Assembly (NCBI RefSeq): GCF_003918875.1
Contig: NW_025767126.1
Location: 682,001 to 746,000 of the forward strand
Reading direction: 5' to 3'
DNA: 64,000 nt
DNA from: Haliotis rubra
Lineage: Eukaryota
A program made the translations under genes and the position numbers. The notes below the pieces were generated by a model that was not told the DNA's origin, searched no databases, and saw only the letters and a program-made list of their open reading frames with translations. Each line of letters starts with the position of its first letter. The first letter of the stretch is position 1. Of the stretch, positions 13,001 to 26,204 are shown in pieces.

Positions 13001-14347
13001 TAGCAGCAGCAAGAACAATGATACATCTTTTTGCTTTAGAAACAACATCATAAGACATTTTAGCTTCAACAAGAACAACCATGAGACCAACAACAACAGT
13101 CTATATTTTCAACAGCAACAACAACCATCCATGTTCGTTAACTGCAGCTACAAGAAGAGTCAATAACTTAAAGATTATCCACCTATCTATTTGTCTGTGA
13201 TAGCTGGAACGCATGCTGACGCTGCGGAGGAAACGAGCCCTCGCCACCTCACCGACGTCAACTGTTCACAAAACCTCCTTGACAACAAACCACCTTGTAA
13301 TCACAATCTACCCGGCGTGAGAGTACAACAAAACTAACAGCAGGAGTTTTAACGACACACAAATAATTGATAATTCCTTGTAAAACATCCATTGTTATTT
13401 CTACAGGTACTCGCGATTCTGTAGAAGGTCTGTTTAACGAGTTATTGACCACTCATTGTTATGGTCACTCTGTGATTAGGCTGTATGGTCATTGTTGACA
13501 CGAGACGACCACTGACCATAAAGAAGACCAGCGGGGCACGTGACCGCAGCCATTCATATGTCACCGTGTGACGTCCACGTGTGGACAAGAGGGTCGCGTG
13601 GCCTCCTGGCTTTAAACGCCAAGTTTTGACCAATGGCCGGTAACAGCTTGTTGACTTGAGGATATTTTATTTGGCAGTGAAAACTACATGAGGTATGAAA
13701 TGGTCCGAATGGGAGAAGTAGGATTATTTCCGAATTAATTAAACGAAACAAACCTTTATCAAGGCGATATCAAGCTCTTGAAAAACATTAAGAAGTTGGA
13801 CGAGTATAAATGCATGACACGTTTTATGGACAACAACGGCTTTTTATTCTTAAAATGAAAAATAAAAAGAAGTTGTTATCCATAAAATGTGTCATGCATT
13901 CAAGGAAATAATTAAATTTCATTCGCGTTTTCTCACAAAAAAACCCCGCACGATTTTCAAGAAACAAACACAAATTATTATAAAAACAAATAAACAAAAT
14001 ATACAAAATACAAAACATGTACATGTTTAGTAAGCCTTGAAGATCCGTGTTAGAATTGGTTATTTTTATCAATTCGGTTAATGAGAAGCGTCTATAACGT
14101 GTCAGGACCGGAGATTTATGCATAACATCGTATCCAAAATGATTAGGTCGATGCTCATGAAGTCAGTCACATGCAATCAAAACTCGATTGTTTATAGACC
14201 GCCGTCATAAAGCTGGAATATTGTGCCGTGTTTCACATCACGAGAAAAAATATTAACCTAAAATAATTAAGAAAAAATGTTCCTTGCATTTAAAGCAACA
14301 CAATACAATAAGTGGCATTTAGAGGCCAGCACCTTATTTCAATACTA

Positions 14348-14842
14348 CAGTCATTGGACATAAGTATTCGTCATTGTGCATAATTTCCATAGACTTGCAT
14401 GTTAATTTGGTGCAGCTAGAAAAATTATCTTGAATTTATTTGTCGTTTGATCTTGTTCATATTTTGCACATGTGTCATGAATCATCTCAGCTGCAAAGAC
14501 ATAATTTCCGTTTTATTTTCCATTCAGTATTTCAAGAATGACCACACTTTGATTGATGCGTGTCATGGTTAAGACAATTTTTAACATGGCGGTCTATGGT
14601 GAAAGAATACGCAGTGTTGTATACTAGTATATGTTGCTCATGTAACTACAATGCGGAAAATACTTGAAGGAACATTACATGGAAATTATGTATCTGTGAC
14701 CAAGATGATTTCCTAACAACCTGCAAAATTTGACAACCAAATAACGAAAGCTGAATTAATGAAAATTATTACAGCTACACTAAAATAACATGCAAGTCTA
14801 TGAGAATGTTGCCGACTGACGAATACTTATGTCCCATGACTG
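14348..14842. mobile_element. Tc1/mariner-type MITE (~495 bp)
   Basis: TA|cagtcattggacataagtattcgtca ... tgacgaatacttatgtcccatgactg|TA; long imperfect TIRs including catagacttgcatgtta/taacatgcaagtctatg. Confidence 0.85.
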
Positions 14843-15171
14843 TATGTGTTTTGTTTGCTTTTTGTGGCTTGTTGTTTAACGCCGCACTAAGCAATGTTCC
14901 AGCTATATGACGGCGGTCCAGAAACAATCTGAACCAGACATTCCTGTGATTGACATCGGCCTCCTTAATTGGGATAAAACGAGACCTGATTCCATTTGTC
15001 GCCTCTTACGATAAGAAAGGGTGGCGGAAGTCTAATTCCAAAATGATATAAATTTAATTAATAATTATGTAACCCTGACGCCCCCTTCTGATTGCCATAG
15101 CTTTCGGTCAAATCACCCCTCTTTCGATCAAACACTAAATGGCTTGGCTTGGCATTCTGTCGGAAAGCGTA

Positions 15172-15339
15172 NNNNNNNNNNNNNNNNNNNNNNNNNNNNN
15201 NNNNNNNNNNNNNNNNNNNNNNNNNNNNNNNNNNNNNNNNNNNNNNNNNNNNNNNNNNNNNNNNNNNNNNNNNNNNNNNNNNNNNNNNNNNNNNNNNNNN
15301 NNNNNNNNNNNNNNNNNNNNNNNNNNNNNNNNNNNNNNN
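15172..15339. other. Assembly gap (N)
   Basis: N run; followed by gatcttcacgggt, the 5' end of a minus-strand family B copy. Confidence 0.95.
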
Positions 15340-16435
15340 GATCTTCACGGGTTCAACATCATATGATTTAACAAAGTTTTACAAAATACAGAAGGACACA
15401 TGCATTTTTAATTCAAGAAAAGTAACTCTGTTTTTTATCAATCTTTCGGCCTCAAAACAATTATCAAACATATCCTTTCAGACGAAAGAGATTAAAAAGC
15501 AATGCTACTCATCGCTCAATTACGTGGTAATCATGTTGCAATATGATACTAGTTTTGGAAAATAGTTTCACGTAATAATCTGCTTATGACTTGACTTGCT
15601 AGTTTCACCGAACTGAAACCTTCCCCCGCCGTTTGTGATATTTAATTAACACGAAATAACTGTCAAATATGAGTCTCTGTTCTGCCGCAGAAACAAAAAC
15701 ACAAATCAAGGGGAAGAATATTACGCCTTTGTCTCCAACGTAGCATTAAGACGCCGGGAGCCACCTCTAATACTAATTATTACGGGCTATTACCCTAACA
15801 ACTGATATCACATCAATAGGTTATTGTCTTAACAGACTCTCAGACGGAGCGTTAATTATGTCGATAAATCACGTGATTAAAAGGGAGGCCCCCCAATAGT
15901 AGACAAGATGGTTGCGACAAATTATTCTTAAGTTTCTCGGGACCAGAGCTACGCCACTAAACATCGCGTTATCGCATCCCAATCTGACATGCCGCCATGA
16001 TGTATGCTGTACCATAGACCGCGGTAGCATTTCAACTGACAGACTGATACAGTCCAGATCTGCGGCAATGGTTTAAGGTTGTTGGAAATATCTTAGCAAG
16101 ATTGAGCCAGTTCATCAAGTCGTTTTTAAGAGTGTAAACAATTATTATAAGTTGTGTCTCAAATAGCTTTTACCCGCGTAAACAAACCAGGTGGGAAGGC
16201 TGGTCTGGTCAGTGATTAATGCAATTGGTATTCGGTTTGAAACCGAAGGTATTTAACGCAACATTGCTTGTTGTTTGGCTTGCGGTGAAACATCCACAAT
16301 TAACAAGAGTCGTTTAGTGATGGAGCGGTCGTTGACTCCAAAGTAATTTTCTTCCATGGATCAAACAACGAAATAGTTTGTTTGTTTATTTGACCACGTT
16401 TGATCACGTTTATAGGTTCAGCTTAGTAGTTTAAC

Positions 16436-16530
16436 CAGCCTGGTTCCCTGGGTCTGTTGCGCCTGCGCTAACGCTCCGACACTGTGTCGGCGCGTTAGCG
16501 CAGGCGCAACAGACCCAGGGAACCAGGCTG
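16436..16530. mobile_element. 95-bp palindromic MITE, AcademH-like
   Basis: 47-bp arms with 1 mismatch around a 1-nt centre; termini CAGCCTGG...CCAGGCTG; perfect 9-bp TSD tagtttaac at 16427-16435/16531-16539. Confidence 0.88.
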
Positions 16531-16600
16531 TAGTTTAACTGGCTACTGGGTCATGGATACCGTAAAAGCTTCTCTACATGCCCCGTCGTCTGATTCACTT

Positions 16601-16809
16601 CAGACTAACGTTAACGATTGACCTTTGAATATATATGATTTTGATAGAAACAAATAATTGATTTTAAATTGAAAAGGAGCCACTGTGTTAGAAGATTCAG
16701 AATGCGAACCCGAGGAAAATCTAGACTTGCTTCATTTAGAGCTTTAGCATTGCAGAAAGGGCCGGGTGGAGGTAGAAATGATATGGTTCTAGGACTGTGA
16801 GGCAGACAA
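16601..16809 (+). mobile_element. Family C element
   Basis: cagactaacg...gaatatatatgattttgat...tctagacttgcttcatttag...ggactgtgaggcagac; degenerate TSD gattcactt/gattcgact. Confidence 0.8.
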
Positions 16810-17087
16810 GATTCGACTGTACAGAACGGTACGAAGCCAGACCCATATAGTGGAGAACAGTTACGACTGAAAAAGGGTGCTCGCACAGAATAGTTAACGG
16901 TACTACAAAGTTCGCTTGCACGGAACAGTTTCTTGGCACGACTCCAAGTTACCTTGCGCAATACAGTAAAGAGAGTGCACAGTGCATGTTAAGAACAGTT
17001 AAACGGTAAGAACAGTTAAACGGTACCTAACACATCAAGTTTTGTCTAGAACAGTTAAGTGGTAAGTTCACGAGTTCTCGTCTACTG

Positions 17088-17194
17088 GGACCCTACCCAC
17101 ACAGCGTTCGTAGCACTACGCCATTCGTAAGCCAGTGATATAATTTAGGCTTACGATACGGCGTAACGTTACGAACGCTTTGTGGATAGGGTCC
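17088..17194. mobile_element. Palindromic MITE (PIF/Harbinger-like)
   Basis: ggaccctacccacacagcgttcgta...cgtaagcc / ggcttacg...tacgaacgctttgtggatagggtcc, imperfect ~46-bp arms; superfamily tentative. Confidence 0.7.
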
Positions 17195-17339
17195 AAGAAC
17201 AGTTATGCTTTACAATGGGATCGATTTAGAAAACAGTTTAAGGCCTTAGGGTGAACGGGTGACAGAGTTGTCCCCCTTGGGAAAGCCATGATCCCGGGTT
17301 CGGCCCCAGTTCGCCCAGACTATGTTTATAGCTTTATCA

Positions 17340-17605
17340 GTACCATACCAGGCTCGAAGCTTTCACCAAGTGTAAATCTGAGACCATCGTCACTCCAAGC
17401 TTTTATCCCTCATAAAAACAGACAACAGACCATACCGTGCTTGTAGATTTCACCAAGTGTAAATCTGAGACCATCGTCACTCCAGGCCTTTATCCCTCAT
17501 AAAAACAGACAACAGACCATACCGTGCCTGTAGGTTTCACCAAGTGTTACACACCTCAGACCACAATCACTTCGGGCTTCCGTAGCCTTTAAAAACAGAC
17601 AACTC
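17340..17605. repeat. Tandem repeat, 87-bp unit x ~3
   Basis: ttcaccaagtgt at 17362, 17449 and 17536. Confidence 0.92.
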
Positions 17606-19375
17606 CGTGACATAACACTCGCCCGCTCAGAGATTTAATGTACAGAACAGTTTAACGACACGTGTTCATTCATTGTTCTTCTCCAGAACAACTGAATCAT
17701 ACTCATAATTCATAACCGAAGCTTGATTAGGTTGCTTACGGTACGAGCTTCAGCGATCCACTTCTTCACATTCTGAATTAGTATTTCGCGGTTCGTAAAC
17801 CTCTTCACCATTATTCCAATATAATGTTTTCCGCGCGATTTATTATTGATAAGGATACGGTGTTAAGCAAATTGTAGACCTCATGCACAATATATGACTG
17901 GTGCCGGCGGGTCAGCAGTTATTAGAGACAGCAGTGACAATAGCCTTTTATTGTTTCTGAGTCCGGTCTAAAAGTCAGTTCCATTGGTATCGGCGTCACG
18001 CCTTGAAATGAAACGATAGACAAATAAACGATCTCCATAGAAAAGCTATCACTCGGTTCTTAATGCACGCGATTGTTTGGCGTTGGGATCGCTATTTTCT
18101 TTGTTTTTGAGTGTGTGGTAAAACTTACCTACCATCAATATTATTTTAACTCTTGCAGTAGACATGTTTCGACGGAAAGAGCTTTGATGTCTATTGCATT
18201 GTCACATGTGTTTGAAATCAACATGCAAAGCCGACGTCAAGTCACGTGTTTGACAGATGGAAGTGTTGTTTTCAAGGGCGAAGGAGAGTTTTGAAAACCA
18301 GTGTCAGCCAGGAGGGACGATATATTACTCGAGGATTTTTTGTCAAAGGAAAATAGTTGGATTAAAAACTGACCATCTGTTTATCAGGTTTTGACACGAA
18401 TGAAAACCTTTAGGAACATATCAGACGTAAATATAAATGTCAAACATTTGAGAAAACGTTTGTTATTTCATAATAACACATAGAAAAACTAATAAAAATT
18501 CAATTTGAAAGAATAATATATGTAATTTTCTTAATATAGTAGGTCTTTATGCTTACATCGACACATTCTCAAAGCGGTAAATTAATATGTACATTTTGCA
18601 AATAAGAAACACGATATACAAGAGGAAGAAGACCCTAATCCAAGCACCCTTAACCACGCGTTGCCCTTTAGGACCAGTTCAAGAAAATCGATGCACCTCG
18701 GAAACTGCCCTAACTCTATTTTAGCACATATTTATGACCCCGTAGTATTAAAATCATTTTGTGTATTGGGCCCTCGAGAACGAAAAGTATGGAATTCCCC
18801 GTGCTAAAATTAAATCTGACTCGAGCAGTCAGCTGTGCGCCTTCTTCGGTTTCAGTCTCAATATGTTCAGGAAGTGGAATAAAACACGTAGCGTGTTGGG
18901 CTCACTTCAAGTGATAATTAACGCTGGTGTTTGTGGTCGTTGCATTAGTTGGGAAATCCGATCTGTATGCAAACACAAATTTGAAATCTCTTCTAAAGGT
19001 TCGCGCGTTACGATATTGTACACAGTTCAAATTATTTGTCCCAAACGTTTGAACTGGTTAATGGTTTGACATCAATACGGCTGAAGTGATACCGGAAGAT
19101 GCTGTAAGCAACTGGGATCGCATCTGCGTTGATGTTGTGTGGTGTCTGCAGACACAGAGAGTTGAAGTTGTGTCTTACGTATGCTTGGAACAATACTGAC
19201 ATAACGCGTTTACTGTTATAATAGTTCGCGTGTAAAGCGCATGACTCGAATCCGGGACGGGACTCAACCCAAAGAAAGGCAGAATCTGTACGTTTCTGGG
19301 AAAGTGAAATCCCAAATATTAATGAGTTACATCTGACCACTTTCTAAATGGCATTGTGTATTCATCGTATGACTC

Positions 19376-19543
19376 GGGGCGAAGTTGCCCATATTAATGG
19401 CTAAAGCGTTCGCACGAGACGCTGAAGACCCGGGTTCGATGCCCAACATGGGTACAATGTGTAAAGCTCATTTCTGGTGTCCCCCGCCGGGATATTGCTG
19501 GACTATTGCTTAGAGCGGCGTTAATCCATACTCCCTCACTCAC
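19376..19543 (+). mobile_element. Family A SINE (a second degenerate copy at ~19618-19752)
   Basis: B-box gggttcgatgccc, body and tail. Confidence 0.85.
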
Positions 19544-19818
19544 ATGAATAGAGTACGTGCACTGTCCACGGAATACACAAGTGGCGATTTTTCTGTAAAA
19601 TACTGATGGCAAGAAATGGTGGTGGGAGCCGAGTGGTAAAGCATCTGCTCGTTACTCTCATGGTAACAGTATATCAACCCCATTTCTGATGTTCCCCGCT
19701 GTGGTTGGTATTGCTGGAATATTGCTAACAGCAGCGTAAAAATACACTTTCTCAGTAACAAATGTTCAAGGAAAAGCAACAAGAATATTAGGGACATCTT
19801 CCCGCGAAGCCTGACCAC

Positions 19819-20246
19819 TAGTGTTGGGAATTGGTTGAAATCTCACAATTGATGATTGTTTCATTACCAACGAACAATCATCAAAAAAAATTGGTTAGCG
19901 TCATTTTTCAGATTGTCCTATCCAGGTTGTTATTGCAGATATTTATAACATGATGCAACTTGTTACTTTAAGGTGATGACTAATATATCATGAACATAAA
20001 CTTCCCGGCGTCTTCAAGAAATATTCAGTCATGGCTTTTCAGTTAGTGAAGTGAGTTTTCTAAGAATTAAACAAGTTTTCAGGACCGGACAACTTCGAAG
20101 ATATGTTCCATTGTCAAGTATTTCAAAGACTAAAACAGTAGTTCCAAAATCGTTTATGTTCGATTATGAGAAAATGTGATCGATTGCTTGGTCGTTTGGT
20201 CACTGCGATCAATCTTCGATTATTTCAATTAATCGGACCACCACTA
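19819..20246. mobile_element. hAT-like MITE (428 bp) inserted in a family B remnant
   Basis: Termini TAGTG...CACTA, imperfect TIRs, perfect 8-bp TSD ctgaccac at 19811-19818/20247-20254; family B sequence resumes at 20255-20328. Confidence 0.78.
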
Positions 20247-20769
20247 CTGACCACCCGCCCCTGGTAGTCGCCTCTTACGGCAAACGTGGGGTGCTTAGAA
20301 GATGACTTCTAACCCGGATCTTCACGGTTGGACAGCTAAAGTGTCCATGAGGGCATGCCCAGTCCAATTGTGTGCCGAACCAAACCAACCAACGGTTATT
20401 CTCAAGTCTGTCGTGTAGGGTACCCATATACAACTTAGTGGTGTGGGCAAAATGTGTGCAGTTGGCCTCGTAACAGCATACAACATTCCGGTCAATTTAA
20501 GTAACGAAAATGTTCACAAATTGAAATCCTTCTTTTCATGTGATTTTTCACTCCGGGAACTGATACAAATCAGGATGTTTTAATCGTGAATATATATCCG
20601 AATCAAACAGGTCTCTCTAAATTACACTCTACTGGCATACAGGCGAGGTCAAATGGGATGTATTGCGTAATATATCGATGAGATACTTGCTGTATTTTTG
20701 GCGCGTGTGCGCGCATAAGAGGTCCCAGCTAATGCTATAGTCTCGCCCGATGAGATACTTGTTGCAGTT

Positions 20770-20925
20770 TAACATGGACACCCAACTCTAACACATTATT
20801 CGGACTCCGAGACGACCAATCCTTGTGTACCAGGCTTGGTAACAACAAGTCCCACCTATTCACGTCTTTGATTTGGATGGCTCGAACCACCGACCTTTCG
20901 CTCTCCGGGCAGACCGTCTGTCCAG
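20770..20925 (-). mobile_element. Degenerate family D SINE
   Basis: acacattattcggactccgagacgaccaatccttg...cgacctttcgctctccgggcagac similar to family D. Confidence 0.6.
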
Positions 20926-20955
20926 TAGACAATTGTAACACAACTTGGTTTTAAC

Positions 20956-21058
20956 TGGACTAACGTTTAGTCCTTGAATATATATATAATTTTGATGGTA
21001 ACAAATAAACCCATTTAAATTGAAAAGGAGCCCCAGTGAGTTGGGAGATTCAGAACCA
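20956..21058 (+). mobile_element. Family C element, 5' half
   Basis: gactaacgtttagtc...aacaaataaacccatttaaattgaaaaggagcccc. Confidence 0.8.
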
Positions 21059-21756
21059 CGTTGCCAGGCAACATCCCAACATGGCGGCAGGTAAGATCGC
21101 TTGGCGATTATTCCCCTCGAATTAGCAGTCTTCCACGTGTATACAATCAACATTATTTAGCACACTGATAAACTTTGATGGTGTGAATACATTGAATGCA
21201 CTGAATTTACTTATTAATGTCTAGGTGTTGAAGAATAAGCATTTTAAAAATCGCGCGAGGATGTAGGTAACTCAAAATCTGGATGTCGGTAACGAATGAT
21301 GCTGGTAACGCATACTGTCCTGCTTTTTAGTCGGTAAACAGAAATTGTCCATTTATGTTTAAATACAAAGGAGATACTTGTCTCCAATATCAGTTCTTAT
21401 GTTTTACACAGATGTGTACTTCTGCCACATTAACAGTATGAGCGACTTTTTCTGTGCGCCGGAGATGCTTGCCTTGAAGCGGGGTGTGTTTAATCACACT
21501 ATTTATGTGGCGTTTCATTGAACTTGAACGGATTTAGATGTGTGTGCCCGTTCTCCATTCCATCTCCGTTGAGCTTTTTCTCTGTCCCTCCTCAATTCGG
21601 ACATTTGACATGTTGATTTCGTTGCAGTGTTGACGTTTAAAATACATTTCACATCGGATATTTATTGGTAGGGCTGAATATATAGGTTGTAACTTGTTTT
21701 AACTAGGTTTTAACTTGTAACTGGTGTACTTGTATATCAAACATTCATACACATCG

Positions 21757-21925
21757 AGGGGCGGTGGGGTAGTTTAGTGGTTAAAGCGTTCACCAACTGC
21801 TACAATGCCGAAGACCCGGGTTCGAATCCTCACATGGGTACGATTTGTGAATCCCATTTCTGGTGTCCCTTTCCGCGATATTGCTGGAATATTGCTAAAA
21901 GCGGCGTAAAACAAAACTCACTCAC
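21757..21925 (+). mobile_element. Family A SINE
   Basis: Head, body and tail present. Confidence 0.88.
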
Positions 21926-22544
21926 AAACATGGACAATGATAAAATAAATTAAGTGTCCATCAGAACGAGTGACCGGAGACTCCAAGACCTCTCCTGACG
22001 TGCGTTAAGTGTGATTGTCTGTTGCGGCAGCATACAGGCATCGAATTATGACTCCTTGTTGAGGTTATGTCGGATCATCTCCGCCTCCCCGGTCATCTTG
22101 ATTGGTTAGTGTTGGCAGATTCAGGACAGCTGTCCACAAAACGCGTCTCACTGGAAGATGATTCAGAGTCTATTAGTGTATCAGTCAGATCTCGGATTTC
22201 CAGGGAGTCAAGTTTCTCGGGTAAATGCTAACGCTACGAAAACTAATCAGCTCAAATATTCATTCGGGTATATATATCAAATTCCGGTTAGTTACGTGAC
22301 AACGCGCGGTATTGTCTGTCGTATTGGATGAAATGCGATTTGCTTTTATGCTCACCTTGACGACGTCTGCTTATTATAAGACGCGTGTATGCAGACAGAA
22401 ATATCAAATTGCAGAATATTACCAAAAAATCATTATTATTATTATTATTATTACTCTGTCAAATGTAATATACATTCAATTTTCTACAAGGACTGGAGTG
22501 ATATATCCTGGGTTCGATTCCCCAGTGTGTGAATCCCGTGTTAG

Positions 22545-22738
22545 TAGACGCTTAGTCTCTGAATATATATAATTTTGATTGAAACAAATAAACCCATTTA
22601 AATTGAAAAGGAGCGCCAGGGAGACCAGAGATTCAGAACCTGGAGAAATCTAGACTTGCTTCATTTAGAGCCCTAGCATTGCAGGTAGGGCTAGGCTGTA
22701 GGGAAAATAATATGGTTCAGGGACTGTGAGACAGACTA
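22545..22738 (+). mobile_element. Family C element, full length
   Basis: TAGAC...AGACTA; 10-bp TSD cccgtg(t/a)tag at 22535-22544/22739-22748. Confidence 0.85.
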
Positions 22739-22769
22739 CCCGTGATAGTTGACTCCGCTGAGCCCTTGC

Positions 22770-23368
22770 TAGACCAACGATTAGTGTCTGAATATATATA
22801 ATTGTCTTTGATAGATAAAATAATTCCTTTCAAATTTATATAATTTTGATAGAAAGAAATATTGCTTTTTAAATTGAAAACGAGCCCCAGCTGGATGGGA
22901 GAGTCAGAACCTGACCAGGAAGAAATGTAGACTTGCTTCATTTAGACTTTAGCACTCCAGAAAGTCTCACAGTCCCTGAACCACATTATTTTCCCCACTG
23001 CCTAGCCCTCTGCAATGCTAAAACCCTAAATGTCTAGATTTCCTCAGGTTCTGAGTCTCTGGTCTCCCTTGGGGCGGTGGGGTAGCCTAGTGGTTAAAGC
23101 GTTGGCTCGTCACGTCGAAGACCCGGGTTCGATTCCCTACATGGGTACAATGTGTGAAGCCCTTTTCTGGTGTCCCCCGCCGTGATATTGCTGGAATATT
23201 GCTAAAAGCAGCATAAAACTAAAATCACTCACTCACTCTGGTCTCCCTTGGGCTCCTTTTCAATTTAAAAGGGTTTATTTGTTACAATCAAAATTATATA
23301 TTCAGAGACTAAGCGTTAGTCTAGGCGGAAGGGAAATTGATGCAGTTCAAGGACTGTTAGACAGTCAA
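22770..23368. mobile_element. Nested family C cluster: forward copy split by a reverse copy (~22964-23322), itself split by a family A SINE
   Basis: Forward 5' part 22770-22963, forward 3' part ~23323-23368; reverse copy ends gagactaagcgttagtcta. Confidence 0.7.
23071..23235 (+). mobile_element. Family A SINE inserted in family C
   Basis: TSD ctctggtctccctt on both sides. Confidence 0.92.
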
Positions 23369-24604
23369 GCCCGTTGCTGGGATATTTCTTCAAGAGACCT
23401 TAAACCTAATTCGTTCATTTTCGATAACCAACCACAGGTACACACAATGACTTTAGCATTGCAGAAATGACTGGTCGGAAGGGAACATAGTGCGGTTCAG
23501 GAACTGTTAGACAGTCAAGGCCGTTGCTGTAATAATTCTTTGAGAGGCGTTAAACCCAATTCATTCAATTTCGACAACGGACCACAGGTACACTCAAGAA
23601 CAAACTATATTCATTTTCATTTTCGCCTAGAGTGTCTGTAACATAAATACTCCAATGAAAGAAAACCATTTGAAGCAAGTCAGCATTAAGTCCGAACAAA
23701 GCAGCCCGTAAATACACTGCATGCTGTTCTAAACCAGGTCAGAGTAAGAGCGCGTCTCGCGTGCATGCACATTCACGTGCAGTTTACGGGCATTGTGCGC
23801 ATGGTAATTTGGTCCGGGCGTATTCTAGTACCTGATGCAATCTGACAACATATGCGAGTTCTGACATTGTAGTACAGGCGTGATCTGTATTTCCAAATCT
23901 TACGTAATTTCAACGTGCGAGGAAAGTAACATCGATAAACAAACGCATGTCGTTAATGCGGAGACGAGACCTGTTTCTGGTACGTCGCTATAGCGACAAG
24001 CAAACACTGAATCCGGCGGATTGAACAAACAGTTTTCCTTGGATGCTACATCGTCATTATAGATTAGGTTTATGACCCACAAACCATAAATGATACACAC
24101 CGAGTGCGCTTTGAATTGAAATGTCTGATTTTGATTAATTTCAGTAAATGACCATAGGCCGCCCTTCTGTGCAATTAGGGCGATAAAGGAGAAGCCATTG
24201 CGATCGGCGGAAGCTACAAAACAGAGGAGACGCAATCAAACTCACTGTATTGAATTAACAAGGGTTTGCCGAGGGAGTGCTCAAACGAATAAGGTCTAGC
24301 TACAGAAAGACGGATGTTAAAAATCAAAAGTTTGAAACAGAACTGATGAAATTTGCAGACCTGTGCTTCAGCCCAGACGACCATCAGTAAGGTACCATCA
24401 CTAAGTGCGAACTGAAAGACTGATTAATATATAGAAGCACTTTCTTGGTACCATCTTAATATAAGCTGTATTTAAGAGTTTAAAATTAAGAGTTTTGGTT
24501 TCACAGCACCGTGACCATTGGCTTCAAAGTGCACGATCCAGATCTCTTTGAGTTGCCATTCTTAAACACAACATCCCTCTGTGAAATATTCTTCGAAGAA
24601 GCTT

Positions 24605-24728
24605 GGTCACGCTGAAGACCTGGGTTCGATTCCCCACAGTGATACAATGTGTGAAGGCCATTTCTCTTGTCGCAGTGATATTGGTGGATTATTGCTAAAA
24701 GCGGCGTAAGATCGTACTCACTCACTCA
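24605..24728 (+). mobile_element. Family A SINE, partial
   Basis: B-box, body and tail. Confidence 0.8.
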
Positions 24729-25116
24729 TCCAAGTACCAAGATAGTTCATTCACTGAGTTCAGACCATGTTGCAACACCAAGATGAATTTGTGGCTCATG
24801 GGGATTCGAACACGGGAATGAGGAGTGGACGCTCTAAGCACAGTCCTTCACCTTTGTTCAAGAGATGCTTAGGGATATCGCAATAACGTGACGTCTCTGT
24901 CAACGTGTACCTGATTTGGTTGTCCCCTTGGCAACCAAATGGTCAACCTTGGTGACGTGGTTGATTGCACGACACCATTAGGTTATCTGAACATGTTCCA
25001 TGCTTCCCGTTGTGCAAAGTAAAACTGTAAAAATGCGACTTTACTTCAGCTGTCACAAACTGGGTACATAAAAGCCAAAACTGCCATTCTATCTCTGCGG
25101 TTGGGATTACAGACCA

Positions 25117-25220
25117 CAGGCAAACTGTAGCGCAAATAGGGCTTCGCTCGCATATAGGAAGACTGGTCACTGGTCATTTTCTCTTTGTTGCGCAACCCTA
25201 TTCGCGCTACAGTTTGCCTG
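25117..25220. mobile_element. Small TIR element (Tc1/pogo-like MITE)
   Basis: caggcaaactgtagcgcaaataggg / ccctattcgcgctacagtttgcctg; TA on the right, CA on the left. Confidence 0.7.
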
Positions 25221-25374
25221 TATAAAAAGTGGCATTGTATTAATTTTTACCCATATTTAACACTCACAACTATTCTAGCACTGAACCAGGGGCGTATACA
25301 GCTTCTTGAGAAATAATACATCCGCCTATGACTTAATAAACTTGCAGGACAAAAAGGCGGTGTGTGTGTGTTCG

Positions 25375-25407
<33 letters not shown>

Positions 25408-26204
25408 GCGCGCACTCACACTCAGGATCCGCCTACGCCTATGGCAACTTTACTTGTGGTTTATATTATTAATACAGATACCCCAATCCACATGAATTAG
25501 GACCAGGACACGCACGCACGCACGCACGCACGCACGCACCAACACACAATGTAAAAATACAAATTATACAAATCACAAAATCCCCTGATCACGTTGCAGC
25601 CAATTATTGTGTGTAGTGACTGGGTTCCGCCTCTCACACCTCATCTCAACACCACAGGAGACTGATGGAAACACCAAACATTACTCAGGTACAATAAGAT
25701 TATAAGAAAACCCATCATAATCAAAGTGACTTTTGATGTTTATTGCAATATTTAGATAACTTTCCAAACTTATGCCATCATGTTTTTCGACTATTTTCTT
25801 GAAAAAAGCCAAATCACTCTATATCGATACAAAATCACCTAAATTATAATCACACCTTCTTGTCTAGATGACAACTTTATTTCTCATCAGGGACGAAATT
25901 ACCCCACTTGGGTACTTAAGTCCTTCTTTTCGCACATGTCAAATATCACAGAAACACATTAACTGCCATTAAGAGTAAACAGAAAAAATTAACAAAACTA
26001 TGCATAAAAATATATGAGATCATCAATACAATATCATCGTTAATATACCATCAGTCTGTAAGATCTTATAACAGGAGAGCATATTCAAATATTTATATCC
26101 CCAAAGTTTAAGTAAATTTAAAAAAGTCTTTACGTATTCTTTGACGTAAGAAAAATACTCAAAATGAAAAAATGAAAAAATGCTGATGTTTCATTTTTTA
26201 GTGG

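Noticed and set aside
11865-13003. 150-180 aa repetitive ORFs on both strands
   Set aside because: Open in several frames on both strands because the 30-bp unit lacks stops; frameshifting units; no splice context.
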